Assembly: GCA_017511375.1 (NCBI GenBank)
Contig: JAFWKJ010000009.1
Span: 3,407 to 67,406 of the forward strand
DNA from: Bacilli bacterium
GTDB lineage: Bacteria > Bacillota_I > Bacilli_A > RF39 > UBA660
DNA length: 64,000 nt
Direction of reading: 5' to 3'
Of this stretch, positions 49,164 through 58,371 are shown piece by piece. A model generated the notes under the pieces. That model ran no database searches. It was given only the letters and a program-made list of their open reading frames with translations, and was not told the DNA's origin. Every line of letters begins with the position of its first letter. The stretch's first letter is position 1. The translations under genes were made by a program, and so were the position numbers.

Positions 49164-49207
49164 AAAGCTCTTTTTTTTGTAAAGAAATGATAATAATTAC
49201 AAAATAT

Positions 49208-49237
49208 TTGACAAATATTGTGAAAATGTGATATATT
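49208..49237 (+). promoter_or_regulatory. Promoter of the 5-gene operon (TTGACA, 18-nt spacer with TGn, TATATT)
   Basis: TTGACA at 49208-49213, TG at 49229-49230, TATATT at 49232-49237. The tracked start 49228 lies inside this promoter. Confidence 0.5.
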
Positions 49238-49260
49238 TTTATTGGAAAGAGGCGATATCA

Positions 49261-49482
49261 ATGAGTGTAAAAAGTGATAATTTTAAAAGAATTTCCGATA
49301 ATCGTGTAAAGAAAATTAATGATCTGATATCAAAACTTCACAACTTAATAAATCCGTCATTCTACGAGTATAACGATAAAGAGATAGACGAAATGTTTGA
49401 TAATATTCAGAATGAGTTAGACAGGCAAAAGGAATTGTTTTTAAAAGAAAGAAATAAACCTAGAAAGAAGAAGGAACTATGA
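49261..49482 (+). CDS. 73-aa helical micro-protein with basic tail, first gene of the candidate system
   Basis: ATG follows AAAGAGG. Its stop overlaps the next start (ATGA at 49479-49482). Confidence 0.5.
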   Translation: MSVKSDNFKRISDNRVKKINDLISKLHNLINPSFYEYNDKEIDEMFDNIQNELDRQKELFLKERNKPRKKKEL

Positions 49483-52046
49483 GAGCATGTGATATTATAA
49501 AAAATAAATTGCCAAGTACTTCTTCAATCAACAAAGATAATCGCTATATAAAATATTTGATGATTTCTTCTATTGCTAATAAGAAGAACACCTTAGAATT
49601 AATATCTAAACATATCGCTTTAAATATAGATGACAATGCATTTGTTGATGAAGATGCACTGAGTTTCTATTTGAATATCAACTTTGATTCAAATGGAAAG
49701 GAAGAATATATTTTATCCAAACAAGAAGAAGACTTATATTTACTATTTCATCAGTTGATAAAATCAATAAATGAAATGGCTGATGTCAGCAATGAAAATT
49801 TAATATCATTAATAATGGAGAAAATAGATACACATTATGAAGAAGCACTTGCCTATAATTTTTTATATTTTAAGAACAATTGTAATGAGAAATATTCAGA
49901 CTTGTATTTACGTTCAATATATTTTGATTTATTGAAAAATTATTATAATTATAAAACTCAATATGAAAACATAAGAGCAAAGTTTAACATAATAGAAAAA
50001 GATGAAATGTTTAATGAGTTATATGACGATATAAAAGATAATCCATTATTATCTATGCTGGTTACATATTCAAATACGTTTGAAAAGAAATGGTTAAAAA
50101 GATTTAATATTGTAACTTTAAAAGACCTTTTAAATAACAATTACAAGGTGTTATCTTTGATTTTTTGTATTGAAACAGATAGCTATTTAAGAGTACTTAA
50201 TGACATAGATGCAGAAAAAATAGATAATATCTTTAATCGTTTGACGAATTATTATAATGAATTAGATGATAAATATCTATTTATTTATAACTCAAGAATA
50301 AAGCTGGTTGGAACAGATAGAGTATTGACACTTCAAGAAGTTGGGAATGAAATAGGACTAACACGTGAAAGAGTCAGACAAATAGAAGCAAAAATTCACA
50401 AAAAAATTAATTATATTAGAATTAACTTCGATGATTTAATTCCAATTTTTAGATACGTTGACAAAAAAGGGATATTATATATATCTAATGAAAAATTCAT
50501 TAAAATACTTAATAATGACATAATTGCTAAATTAATAAAAATAAAAATTAGTAATGCCAACAATATAAAAATACATTTTTCTGAAGAATATGATACTTTT
50601 TATTTTGAAGAAAAAAGTATAGAAGAAATTGTTGATGAATTTAAAAAAAGTCTTCCATCTGTAATAACTGAAGAGAATTATAGGAATACCACCTATATTG
50701 AAAAGATGATAATTGACAATGACTATAAATTATCAAAGAAAGGATTCTATATTAAGAAACACTACAACGAAAGTGATACATATTTAGAATTATTAGACTT
50801 ATATTTTCCGAATGGATACAGAATAAATAACGATGATGATTATAATTTCCTTATGGATAAATATAAAGAAATGTATAAAACCGAAGAGGTTCCTACAAGT
50901 AGTAGATATATAGCAACAAAATTGGATAGAAATGAAGATTATTGTATTATTGATAGAGGTTTATATCTGCGTAGAGATAAATGCCCAGAATTACCTAATA
51001 TATTAAAGAATAAGATTATTAATTATATTAAGAATAGTAATCTAGTTGTATACTATAGTGAAATCTATGAGTTGTTTAAATTTGAATTAAACATGAAAAA
51101 TATAAATAATCAATATTTGCTTAAGGGTCTTATTGACCATGAGTTGGATAGTAAATTTCATACTAGTAGAGACTTTATAACTTATGGAACTCAACAGAAT
51201 AAATGGGATGCAATTATAAACTATATGAGAAGTTTCAACAATATTTTTACATTAGACGATTTATATAATGAATTTCCAGGAGTTTCATACACAATATTTC
51301 AAGGTATTATTTCTAGTGAAAGTGATAAAGATTTACTGATTTTATATAACAAGAGATTTATATATGTAAATAAGACAAACATTGAAGTTATTAAGATTGA
51401 ATTAAAGAATAAAATAGAAGAATTATTTACAACTTTAAATACAAATTATCTAACATCGCATAAAATATTTGCAAAAATTGCTTTGTCTAATAATAATTTC
51501 CTATCAAAAGTGAATTTTGAAGTGGATGGATTTAATCTTTATTCAATTATTAGAAGCTTATTTCCAAACGATTACTATTATAGAAGACCAATTATAAGTA
51601 AATTAGATGCCGGAATAATAACTAATATTATTGCTCTTCGCCAATATTTAATAACGTTAGATGAATTTGACATCAAAAAAGTTGAAATGTATGTAACAAA
51701 AATGGGATTATCTAATAAATGGTATTATGAATACTATACCCTATGTGAATATATGAGTGAGGATTTTGTTTTAGTAGACAAAAAGACAATGATAAAAAAA
51801 GAAAAGCTTGATGTTGATGAATACACTCTAAGCCAGATAGAAAGTAGTCTAGATGCTTTATTAGAAAGGTATGATGAAATTAAATTAAATGAATTTGATG
51901 CATATTTTGTATTTCCGGATATAAAAGGGTATGAGTGGAATGAATATCTATTAATAGGTTTAATAAATGCATATATGCTTGATAAATACGAAATAAAAAA
52001 AGATAATATTAATTTCTATATAAGGAGGATTAACAATGAACTATAA
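49479..52046 (+). CDS. 855-aa protein with an internal sigma-70 region-4-like HTH, otherwise unknown
   Basis: LTLQEVGNEIGLTRERVRQIEAKIHKKI (nt ~50321-50408) matches the region 4.2 consensus. I see no P-loop or nuclease motif. Confidence 0.6.
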   Translation: MRACDIIKNKLPSTSSINKDNRYIKYLMISSIANKKNTLELISKHIALNIDDNAFVDEDALSFYLNINFDSNGKEEYILSKQEEDLYLLFHQLIKSINEMADVSNENLISLIMEKIDTHYEEALAYNFLYFKNNCNEKYSDLYLRSIYFDLLKNYYNYKTQYENIRAKFNIIEKDEMFNELYDDIKDNPLLSMLVTYSNTFEKKWLKRFNIVTLKDLLNNNYKVLSLIFCIETDSYLRVLNDIDAEKIDNIFNRLTNYYNELDDKYLFIYNSRIKLVGTDRVLTLQEVGNEIGLTRERVRQIEAKIHKKINYIRINFDDLIPIFRYVDKKGILYISNEKFIKILNNDIIAKLIKIKISNANNIKIHFSEEYDTFYFEEKSIEEIVDEFKKSLPSVITEENYRNTTYIEKMIIDNDYKLSKKGFYIKKHYNESDTYLELLDLYFPNGYRINNDDDYNFLMDKYKEMYKTEEVPTSSRYIATKLDRNEDYCIIDRGLYLRRDKCPELPNILKNKIINYIKNSNLVVYYSEIYELFKFELNMKNINNQYLLKGLIDHELDSKFHTSRDFITYGTQQNKWDAIINYMRSFNNIFTLDDLYNEFPGVSYTIFQGIISSESDKDLLILYNKRFIYVNKTNIEVIKIELKNKIEELFTTLNTNYLTSHKIFAKIALSNNNFLSKVNFEVDGFNLYSIIRSLFPNDYYYRRPIISKLDAGIITNIIALRQYLITLDEFDIKKVEMYVTKMGLSNKWYYEYYTLCEYMSEDFVLVDKKTMIKKEKLDVDEYTLSQIESSLDALLERYDEIKLNEFDAYFVFPDIKGYEWNEYLLIGLINAYMLDKYEIKKDNINFYIRRINNEL

Positions 52047-53934
52047 TATATGGAGATTTCCAAGTAATAATTTTACAAGTGAGAGTGGATTAAACAACTC
52101 AGATATGGAAACATTTAAGAGAGATCCTATGGCGTCTTTAGCAAGAGAAATATGTCAAAACTCACTAGACGCTAGAAGAGCGGAATGCAATAAGGCAATC
52201 GTAGAATTTGAGGTATTTACTATAAATAATACTGATATTCCAGGATACTCAAGACTAAAAGAAGAAATAGAATCATGTCACGATTACAGAAAGCATCCTA
52301 ATGATAAAGCGGAATTAGCGGGGATGTTAAATTCAATCAGCAATGAAAAAATAAAATGTTTGAGAATTAGTGATAAGAACACGACAGGATTAGGTGATGT
52401 TTTTGGTTCAACAGAAGATAGTAAATTTTATTTACTAACTAAGGGAAGTGGATTAACTTCAAAAATTGGAGGAAAAGGTGGTTCAAAAGGTGTAGGTAAG
52501 TTTGCATGCTTTGTAGCAAGTTCTTTTAATACGGTTTTTTATTCAACTAAGAATGAAGCAGGAGAAGAAGGTTTCCTAGGTATAAGTAAATTATGTTCTA
52601 CTATTTTTAAAGAATCTCCTGATCAGAGAACAGTCGGAATCGGTTATTACAGTAGTGATGAAAGAAATTTACCTATTGCAGGACAATTGAATCTTCAACC
52701 AAACTATACAAGAACAGAATTTGGAACAGATATATACGTATTGGGTTTTAAAGGAGTAGATGATTGGAAAAAGAAAATCATTACTATGATTTTAGACAGT
52801 TTTATGGTTGCTATAGTATTTGATGAACTAGAAGTTAGAGTTGACGACATTTTATTAAATAAAGAAACAGTTGGGAAATTAATTAATAAAGATTACATTA
52901 CAACAAGTAATCAATTAATAAATATAAAAGCACAATATGAACTGTTAACAGACGATGACATTTATTCAGAAAATTTAAAATTAGATGATTTTGGCGAAAT
53001 CAAAGTTTTATTAAAAGCCTATAAAAAAGAAGAAGCTGAAGAAGCAACAAAAAATTGTATTATGGTTAGATATCCACACATGAAGATTAGGACATTAAGA
53101 AAAATATCATCAGTACCATGTTCGGCTTTATGCATTATAGAAGACAGTGATTTTAACAACAGATTAATAAATGTAGAAAATCCACAACATACAGATTGGG
53201 AAACAAATAGACTTTCTGGTGCATTAAAAGCAGAAATGGACTATCAAATAAATACAATGGAAGATAGTATCCTTAACTATGTAGCTGATACTTTATCAAT
53301 GGGGCTAGAAGAAGAAAGTGATATTGAAGGAGCTGGAGAATTTTTACCTTCAGCAAATAATGATGGTGATTTCGGTGAAAACAAGCCTGCCATTATTGAA
53401 AAACCAATAGTAATTCCAAAAACAAGAGCAAAAATAAAAGACACAAATCCAGCAACATCTGCAGATGATGGAAGCGAAGCAGATATTCCAGATGTTGGTG
53501 ATTTTGGTGATGATGGAGATGACACTTCGCAACCTGAAGGGCATAATCAAGGAACTGGTGGCGGAGTACATGAAACAGATAAAAAATCAGGGTACAAAGA
53601 AGGAGACAAAGAAATTTTAAGAACAGCACCATTAAAAGGGATGAAATATGTGCCAATTATCCCTAACAAGTCTTCAGGAGAGCTGATTATATCTTTTAAA
53701 TCACTATATGATGAAAATGATTGCCAACTATTATTAAGTTATAAAGATGAATCAAATCAGAAATATAAAGTTAATATATCAAGTGCTACTATTAATGGTG
53801 CTACAGTTGATGTTAACGACGGTATTATTGATGGGTTTAACTTGGAAATAGGAAAAGAATATACAGTAAAAGCTCAAACCGATGTGTATGATTATTATAG
53901 AATTGAGGTGGCTATATATGCGAATAAGAAATAA
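52036..53934 (+). CDS. GHKL (MORC/Hsp90/MutL-type) ATPase-domain protein with acidic linker and beta-rich C-terminal domain
   Basis: N-box REICQNSLDA (ExxxNxxDA), G1 ISDKNTTGLGD, G2 GGSKGVGKFA. RBS AAGGAGG and an 11-nt overlap with the upstream gene. Asp/Gly-rich linker DIPDVGDFGDDGDD. Confidence 0.65.
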   Translation: MNYNIWRFPSNNFTSESGLNNSDMETFKRDPMASLAREICQNSLDARRAECNKAIVEFEVFTINNTDIPGYSRLKEEIESCHDYRKHPNDKAELAGMLNSISNEKIKCLRISDKNTTGLGDVFGSTEDSKFYLLTKGSGLTSKIGGKGGSKGVGKFACFVASSFNTVFYSTKNEAGEEGFLGISKLCSTIFKESPDQRTVGIGYYSSDERNLPIAGQLNLQPNYTRTEFGTDIYVLGFKGVDDWKKKIITMILDSFMVAIVFDELEVRVDDILLNKETVGKLINKDYITTSNQLINIKAQYELLTDDDIYSENLKLDDFGEIKVLLKAYKKEEAEEATKNCIMVRYPHMKIRTLRKISSVPCSALCIIEDSDFNNRLINVENPQHTDWETNRLSGALKAEMDYQINTMEDSILNYVADTLSMGLEEESDIEGAGEFLPSANNDGDFGENKPAIIEKPIVIPKTRAKIKDTNPATSADDGSEADIPDVGDFGDDGDDTSQPEGHNQGTGGGVHETDKKSGYKEGDKEILRTAPLKGMKYVPIIPNKSSGELIISFKSLYDENDCQLLLSYKDESNQKYKVNISSATINGATVDVNDGIIDGFNLEIGKEYTVKAQTDVYDYYRIEVAIYANKK

Positions 53935-54811
53935 CTTGTTTCCATATCCAGTATTGAATTCCAAAGAAACAATTTCATCATTTGTTAACTCACTTTTTAG
54001 ATTTGATTATGAAGAATTTCAAGATGACAATTATTATTATTTGAAAGATATAAAAATTGATTTAAGTGATGAAAAAATTCTGGAATTAATGGAACAGGGA
54101 AAAGCGGAAGCAAAAATAATTGTTGAATGCTCTAGAACCATATATAGAAATATTTTTTCAGTAGATTTAAATACAACAACAATAAAAATCCCTATCTCAG
54201 AATTAAGAGGACCAGTAGAAATATCTTGTTTTATCTACGCAAAGGAGAATATAAAAGACTATTATAGCAATAACTTCAATAAGATATATGGAGAATATAG
54301 ATTTGATATAGATAAATTTGATATTTTAGCTGTAGATGATGGATATAATACTAAAATAGATTTTGATGAGCAAAAAGATAATAAAGTATCATCAATCTTT
54401 GTAGTAGTAAGTAGTGGTGATCCAAATTCAAAAACAATGGATTTTGATGTTAAACGAAAGAATATTAAGATTACTTTGCCTAATAAAGAATATGGATTTT
54501 ATACAAATATGAAAAATGATACAAATTATCAAAATGTGTTTTTTGCAATCATCGCTATACCAGCTTTAACATATGCTTTATCAAAAGCGCAAGAAGAAGA
54601 TTTTGAAACAGCAAGAAATACATATGATTGGCTTGAATCAGTAATAAATGCTTATGAAAAAATATATGAAAGAAATATTAAAGATGATTGGGGAAAACTA
54701 GAAGTTGATGTTCCACAAAGGTTATTAAATAATGCAATTACACAATCTATTGATGATTTCTACTTCTTAATGATAGACAGATATAGAAAAAGAGGTGAAG
54801 GTGATGAATAA
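53918..54811 (+). CDS. 297-aa protein of unknown function (fourth gene of the operon)
   Basis: ATG 53918 follows GAGGTGG and overlaps the upstream gene by 17 nt. N-terminus is MRIRNNLFPYPVLNS. Confidence 0.5.
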   Translation: MRIRNNLFPYPVLNSKETISSFVNSLFRFDYEEFQDDNYYYLKDIKIDLSDEKILELMEQGKAEAKIIVECSRTIYRNIFSVDLNTTTIKIPISELRGPVEISCFIYAKENIKDYYSNNFNKIYGEYRFDIDKFDILAVDDGYNTKIDFDEQKDNKVSSIFVVVSSGDPNSKTMDFDVKRKNIKITLPNKEYGFYTNMKNDTNYQNVFFAIIAIPALTYALSKAQEEDFETARNTYDWLESVINAYEKIYERNIKDDWGKLEVDVPQRLLNNAITQSIDDFYFLMIDRYRKRGEGDE

Positions 54812-55598
54812 TTTGATAAATGTTATGTATGTAACTGATCAATTGTTAGAAAATTTGCGTGAAAATGCAGTGGAAGTTGGAGAATTAATTAAAAGTCACT
54901 CAGATACTTTATGGCTAAAGAAATATGCCTCTGGCCAAATGTTTGAAGAAAAAAAATTTACAATACCAGATTTCAAATTACACCTCAGTGACGATGGAAA
55001 TTATGATAAAGTTGATTACATGAACTGTATAACTCTATATGAATCACTTAATAAACTACCAAGATATGTATTAACAAATGAAAATTTTTGGGTTTGGCTT
55101 GAATTAACGTCATGCTATGAAGTTTGTAGACAGGCTATGCCAATAAAATCAAAATCTACATTTAAAGATCACTGGCTATTTAGTGGAGGAAACAGAAGAG
55201 GTATATTCTTCGGGGTTTTATCACGATGCTATTTTAGAGTAGAATTAACTGTAGATGAATCTTTACCAGATAAATATGAGTTAACAAAATTTGTTTGTGA
55301 AAAAAATGAAAGATTTAGAACATTAACATGGAGAAGTATTTCCAGTGAAAAACATGTTGTTTTAGGCGTTATAAAAGCTGAAAAGGATTTATACGATGAG
55401 TACAATCAAAATCCGGAAACAGCTGAAATGTTCCGTAAGGCAGAAGCAGGTAAAAATGGAGAAAATTTATATACAGAGTTTAGTAAGCAATTATCATTAT
55501 TTGGAAGTGTAAGATTACTTGATGCACTTTCAGAAAATGAAATATATGAATTTTCAAAGAATAAAATGGTGGAATTGATAAAAAGATTTAACAGTTAA
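54804..55598 (+). CDS. 264-aa protein of unknown function (fifth gene of the operon)
   Basis: ATG 54804 follows AGAGGTGA and overlaps the upstream stop (ATGAATAA). Contains Trp-rich blocks ENFWVWLELT and LSRCYFRVELT. Confidence 0.5.
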   Translation: MNNLINVMYVTDQLLENLRENAVEVGELIKSHSDTLWLKKYASGQMFEEKKFTIPDFKLHLSDDGNYDKVDYMNCITLYESLNKLPRYVLTNENFWVWLELTSCYEVCRQAMPIKSKSTFKDHWLFSGGNRRGIFFGVLSRCYFRVELTVDESLPDKYELTKFVCEKNERFRTLTWRSISSEKHVVLGVIKAEKDLYDEYNQNPETAEMFRKAEAGKNGENLYTEFSKQLSLFGSVRLLDALSENEIYEFSKNKMVELIKRFNS

Positions 55599-55626
55599 AA
55601 AAGATGCATTTTTATGCATCTTTTTC
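55597..55626. terminator. Bidirectional terminator closing the operon and the convergent m5C methylase gene
   Basis: Perfect 9-bp stem AAGATGCAT/ATGCATCTT (55601-55609 / 55614-55622) with flanking A- and T-runs. Confidence 0.7.
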
Positions 55627-56856
55627 ATTTTCTATAATCTTTTCCAATTCTATACCAATTTTTTCTATTACACCGACAACTAAAGCATTCCCCATCATAA
55701 AGTATCTTCTCTTGTCTGACATTCCTGTATTAGTCCAGTCGTCAGGGAATCCATTTATTCGTTCACATTCTTTCGGAGTTAATAATCGAGGCCTTTTGGT
55801 TTTATAATCTTCAATTACATGAGTAGAACGACTTATGCCGCTTTCACTTGTAAGCATTGTTCTTGCCGGAGCATCTAAATTGTCTGGGAATGGCATAGCT
55901 CCTTCCGTATAATAATATGGCTCACCTGTTGGCTTTGTTCTAGGAATCCTCTTTCCACCTTTTAAATATTTAAACTTTTCAATTTGATTGTCGCTCAAAA
56001 AGTACTTTTCATCTATCACATCTTCTTCGCGAATATTACGAAGAGGAAATATTAGATTATAATCAGCCTTTACTTTAACCGTGTAAATTCCACCTTTTTT
56101 CATTATTCCTGCATTATAAAACTGGCATTTAAACATATTACTTACTTCTATTAAATCTTTATAATCAGCAACGCTTGATTCTGATATCTCGCTATAGGAT
56201 TCTTTTATTGGAAATTGTTGAACAAACATCCCCTTAGAGAAAATAACGTCATAGTCAGATACCTTTTGCATTTGTTTATAATAGTTAGTAGATTTATGGT
56301 ATGCGAACATATAAGTTCTTCTACGTTTTTGTGGCAAACCATATTCCCCAGCATTTATTACTCTCCATTGAACATCGTATCCATTTTCATAGAAACTTCT
56401 TAGAATCATTCCGAAATCTCTACCTCTTTGTTTAGCTGGAGAAAGTAATAATCTATCAACATTCTCTAATAAAACAAATGGAGGTTTTTTTATTGCAAGA
56501 GTTTCTTCAATTGCCCACCAAAGGACTCCTTTTTTGCCTTCAATTCCTTTACTGGTTGATAAGGATTGCGCAACAGAATAATCCTGACATGGAAATCCTC
56601 CAACTAATAGTGTATGATCTGGAATATCATGTTTATCAACCTCAAATATATCTATATTAGAAACATCTTTATCTCCAAATCTTAAAGCATAGCAGTCAAA
56701 AGCCTCTTGAGATTTAGTAGCTGGTTCCCACTGATTAGCCCATAAACATTTCCATTTACCGTTTTCTATTGTTTTTCCATCTTTCAATTCTACATGATTA
56801 AGTCCGCAACGGAACCCCCCAACTCCTGCAAATAATTCAACCAAAGTTTTTTTCAT
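55612..56856 (-). CDS. DNA (cytosine-5)-methyltransferase
   Basis: Motif I ELFAGVGGF, motif IV GGFPCQDYS, ENV, QKRRR, and motif X GNALVV. The start is moved to ATG 56856 after AGGAGG. Confidence 0.9.
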   Translation of the reverse strand: MKKTLVELFAGVGGFRCGLNHVELKDGKTIENGKWKCLWANQWEPATKSQEAFDCYALRFGDKDVSNIDIFEVDKHDIPDHTLLVGGFPCQDYSVAQSLSTSKGIEGKKGVLWWAIEETLAIKKPPFVLLENVDRLLLSPAKQRGRDFGMILRSFYENGYDVQWRVINAGEYGLPQKRRRTYMFAYHKSTNYYKQMQKVSDYDVIFSKGMFVQQFPIKESYSEISESSVADYKDLIEVSNMFKCQFYNAGIMKKGGIYTVKVKADYNLIFPLRNIREEDVIDEKYFLSDNQIEKFKYLKGGKRIPRTKPTGEPYYYTEGAMPFPDNLDAPARTMLTSESGISRSTHVIEDYKTKRPRLLTPKECERINGFPDDWTNTGMSDKRRYFMMGNALVVGVIEKIGIELEKIIENEKDA

Positions 56857-56982
56857 AATGAAACCTCCTGACATTTGTTTTAATACTATAAATATATTAT
56901 AATTTATTTGAGATAAAAGATCAACTTACAATTTTATTTTAACCTATTTTTTATGCTAAAACAAGATCGAAAGGAGAAAAAA

Positions 56983-58362
56983 ATGAAAAAAGGTAGATTA
57001 TACAATAGACAAGAGATTGAAGTTATATCAAAATCTGCTATTGGAAAGACAATGAATGATATTCTAAAAGAAGAATTAGTGTCAATCGGTGATATAGACA
57101 ATAAAGGTGGATTAGGACAGTTGATTGAACAATATTTATTTGGAATACAAACAAACAATGAATCTGAACCTGATTTTATGCCTGCTGGTATAGAATTAAA
57201 AGTAACTCCATACAAGAAAATAAAAGGGGGTAAATTATCAGCTAAAGAAAGACTTGTATTAAATATTATTAATTACATGGAAGAATGGAAAAATGATTTT
57301 AGACATAGTCACTTTTGGATGAAAAATAATACAATACAATTATTATGGTATTTATGGGAACCAAATAAGGATTTTAAAGATTTTAAAATCACTCACGAAA
57401 AATTAATGGAACTAGTTCAAAGTGAAGACATAAAGCAAATAGAAAATGACTGGAATTATATTGTAAGCAAAATTAAAGAAGGAAAGGCACATGAACTGTC
57501 AGAAGCAGATACAATGTATTTGGGTACATGTACAAAGGGAGTCAACTCAAGTTCAACGAGAGAGCAACCATTTAGTGATATAAAAGCAATGCAACGAGCT
57601 TTTTGCTTTAAAAATTCATATATGACACAAATGGTAAGAAAAATAATAGGGGATTATAGTGATGTTGAAAAAGTTCTAAAAGGAACAAATAATACATTCA
57701 ACGAATATGTCAATAACGTTATTGAAAAATATAAAGGTAAAACTCAAAAAGAATTAATGAAAGAATTCAGTATAGATTCTAAAGCTAAGAATATTAATAG
57801 TATGCTTATAAGTAGAATGTTTAATGTCACAAGTAAACTAGCAGATACCGAGGAATTTCAAAAAGCAAACATTATTCCTAAGACAATAAGAATCGAAGAA
57901 AGTGGAAGAATCAAAGAATCAATTTCATTTCCTTCTTTTAAATTTAATGAAATAATTGAACAAGAATGGGAAACTTGTGATTTAAGAGAAGAATTAGAAA
58001 CAACTAAATATATGTTCTTTGTATTTAAAAAGGAAAAAGGTGAATATGTTTTTAAGGGTATCAAATTATGGAATATGCCAGAAACTGACATTGAAACATC
58101 TGTAATGGAAATGTGGAAAAAAACATATAATACAATTTTAAATGGTAATATAGTTAGATACATAAAAGATGGTAAAAGAAAAACAAATTTTGTTGGAATG
58201 AGTGAGAATGAAGTATGTCATGTTCGTCCTCACGGAAGAGATTCAAGAGATACATTTAAGTTACCAGTAGCTGATAAATTAACAGGTGCTACTGAATATA
58301 CTAAACAATGTTTTTGGATTAACAGCAACTATATAAAAGGAATTTTTGAAGAGTTTAATTAG
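56983..58362 (+). CDS. Sau3AI/MutH-family type II restriction endonuclease
   Basis: GGLGQLIEQYLFG..ESEPDFMPAGIELKVTP carries the MutH/Sau3AI D..E-x-K catalytic block. Two-domain length. Divergent from the m5C methylase. ATG follows AAAGGAG. Confidence 0.8.
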   Translation: MKKGRLYNRQEIEVISKSAIGKTMNDILKEELVSIGDIDNKGGLGQLIEQYLFGIQTNNESEPDFMPAGIELKVTPYKKIKGGKLSAKERLVLNIINYMEEWKNDFRHSHFWMKNNTIQLLWYLWEPNKDFKDFKITHEKLMELVQSEDIKQIENDWNYIVSKIKEGKAHELSEADTMYLGTCTKGVNSSSTREQPFSDIKAMQRAFCFKNSYMTQMVRKIIGDYSDVEKVLKGTNNTFNEYVNNVIEKYKGKTQKELMKEFSIDSKAKNINSMLISRMFNVTSKLADTEEFQKANIIPKTIRIEESGRIKESISFPSFKFNEIIEQEWETCDLREELETTKYMFFVFKKEKGEYVFKGIKLWNMPETDIETSVMEMWKKTYNTILNGNIVRYIKDGKRKTNFVGMSENEVCHVRPHGRDSRDTFKLPVADKLTGATEYTKQCFWINSNYIKGIFEEFN

Positions 58363-58371
58363 GAGGTTTTA

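Noticed and set aside
55604-55807. Tracked 67-aa plus-strand ORF
   Set aside because: It starts inside the bidirectional terminator hairpin and lies antisense to the 3' end of the m5C methylase gene.
56934-57215. Tracked 93-aa minus-strand ORF
   Set aside because: It lies antisense to the 5' end of the Sau3AI-like gene and the divergent promoter region, with no RBS.
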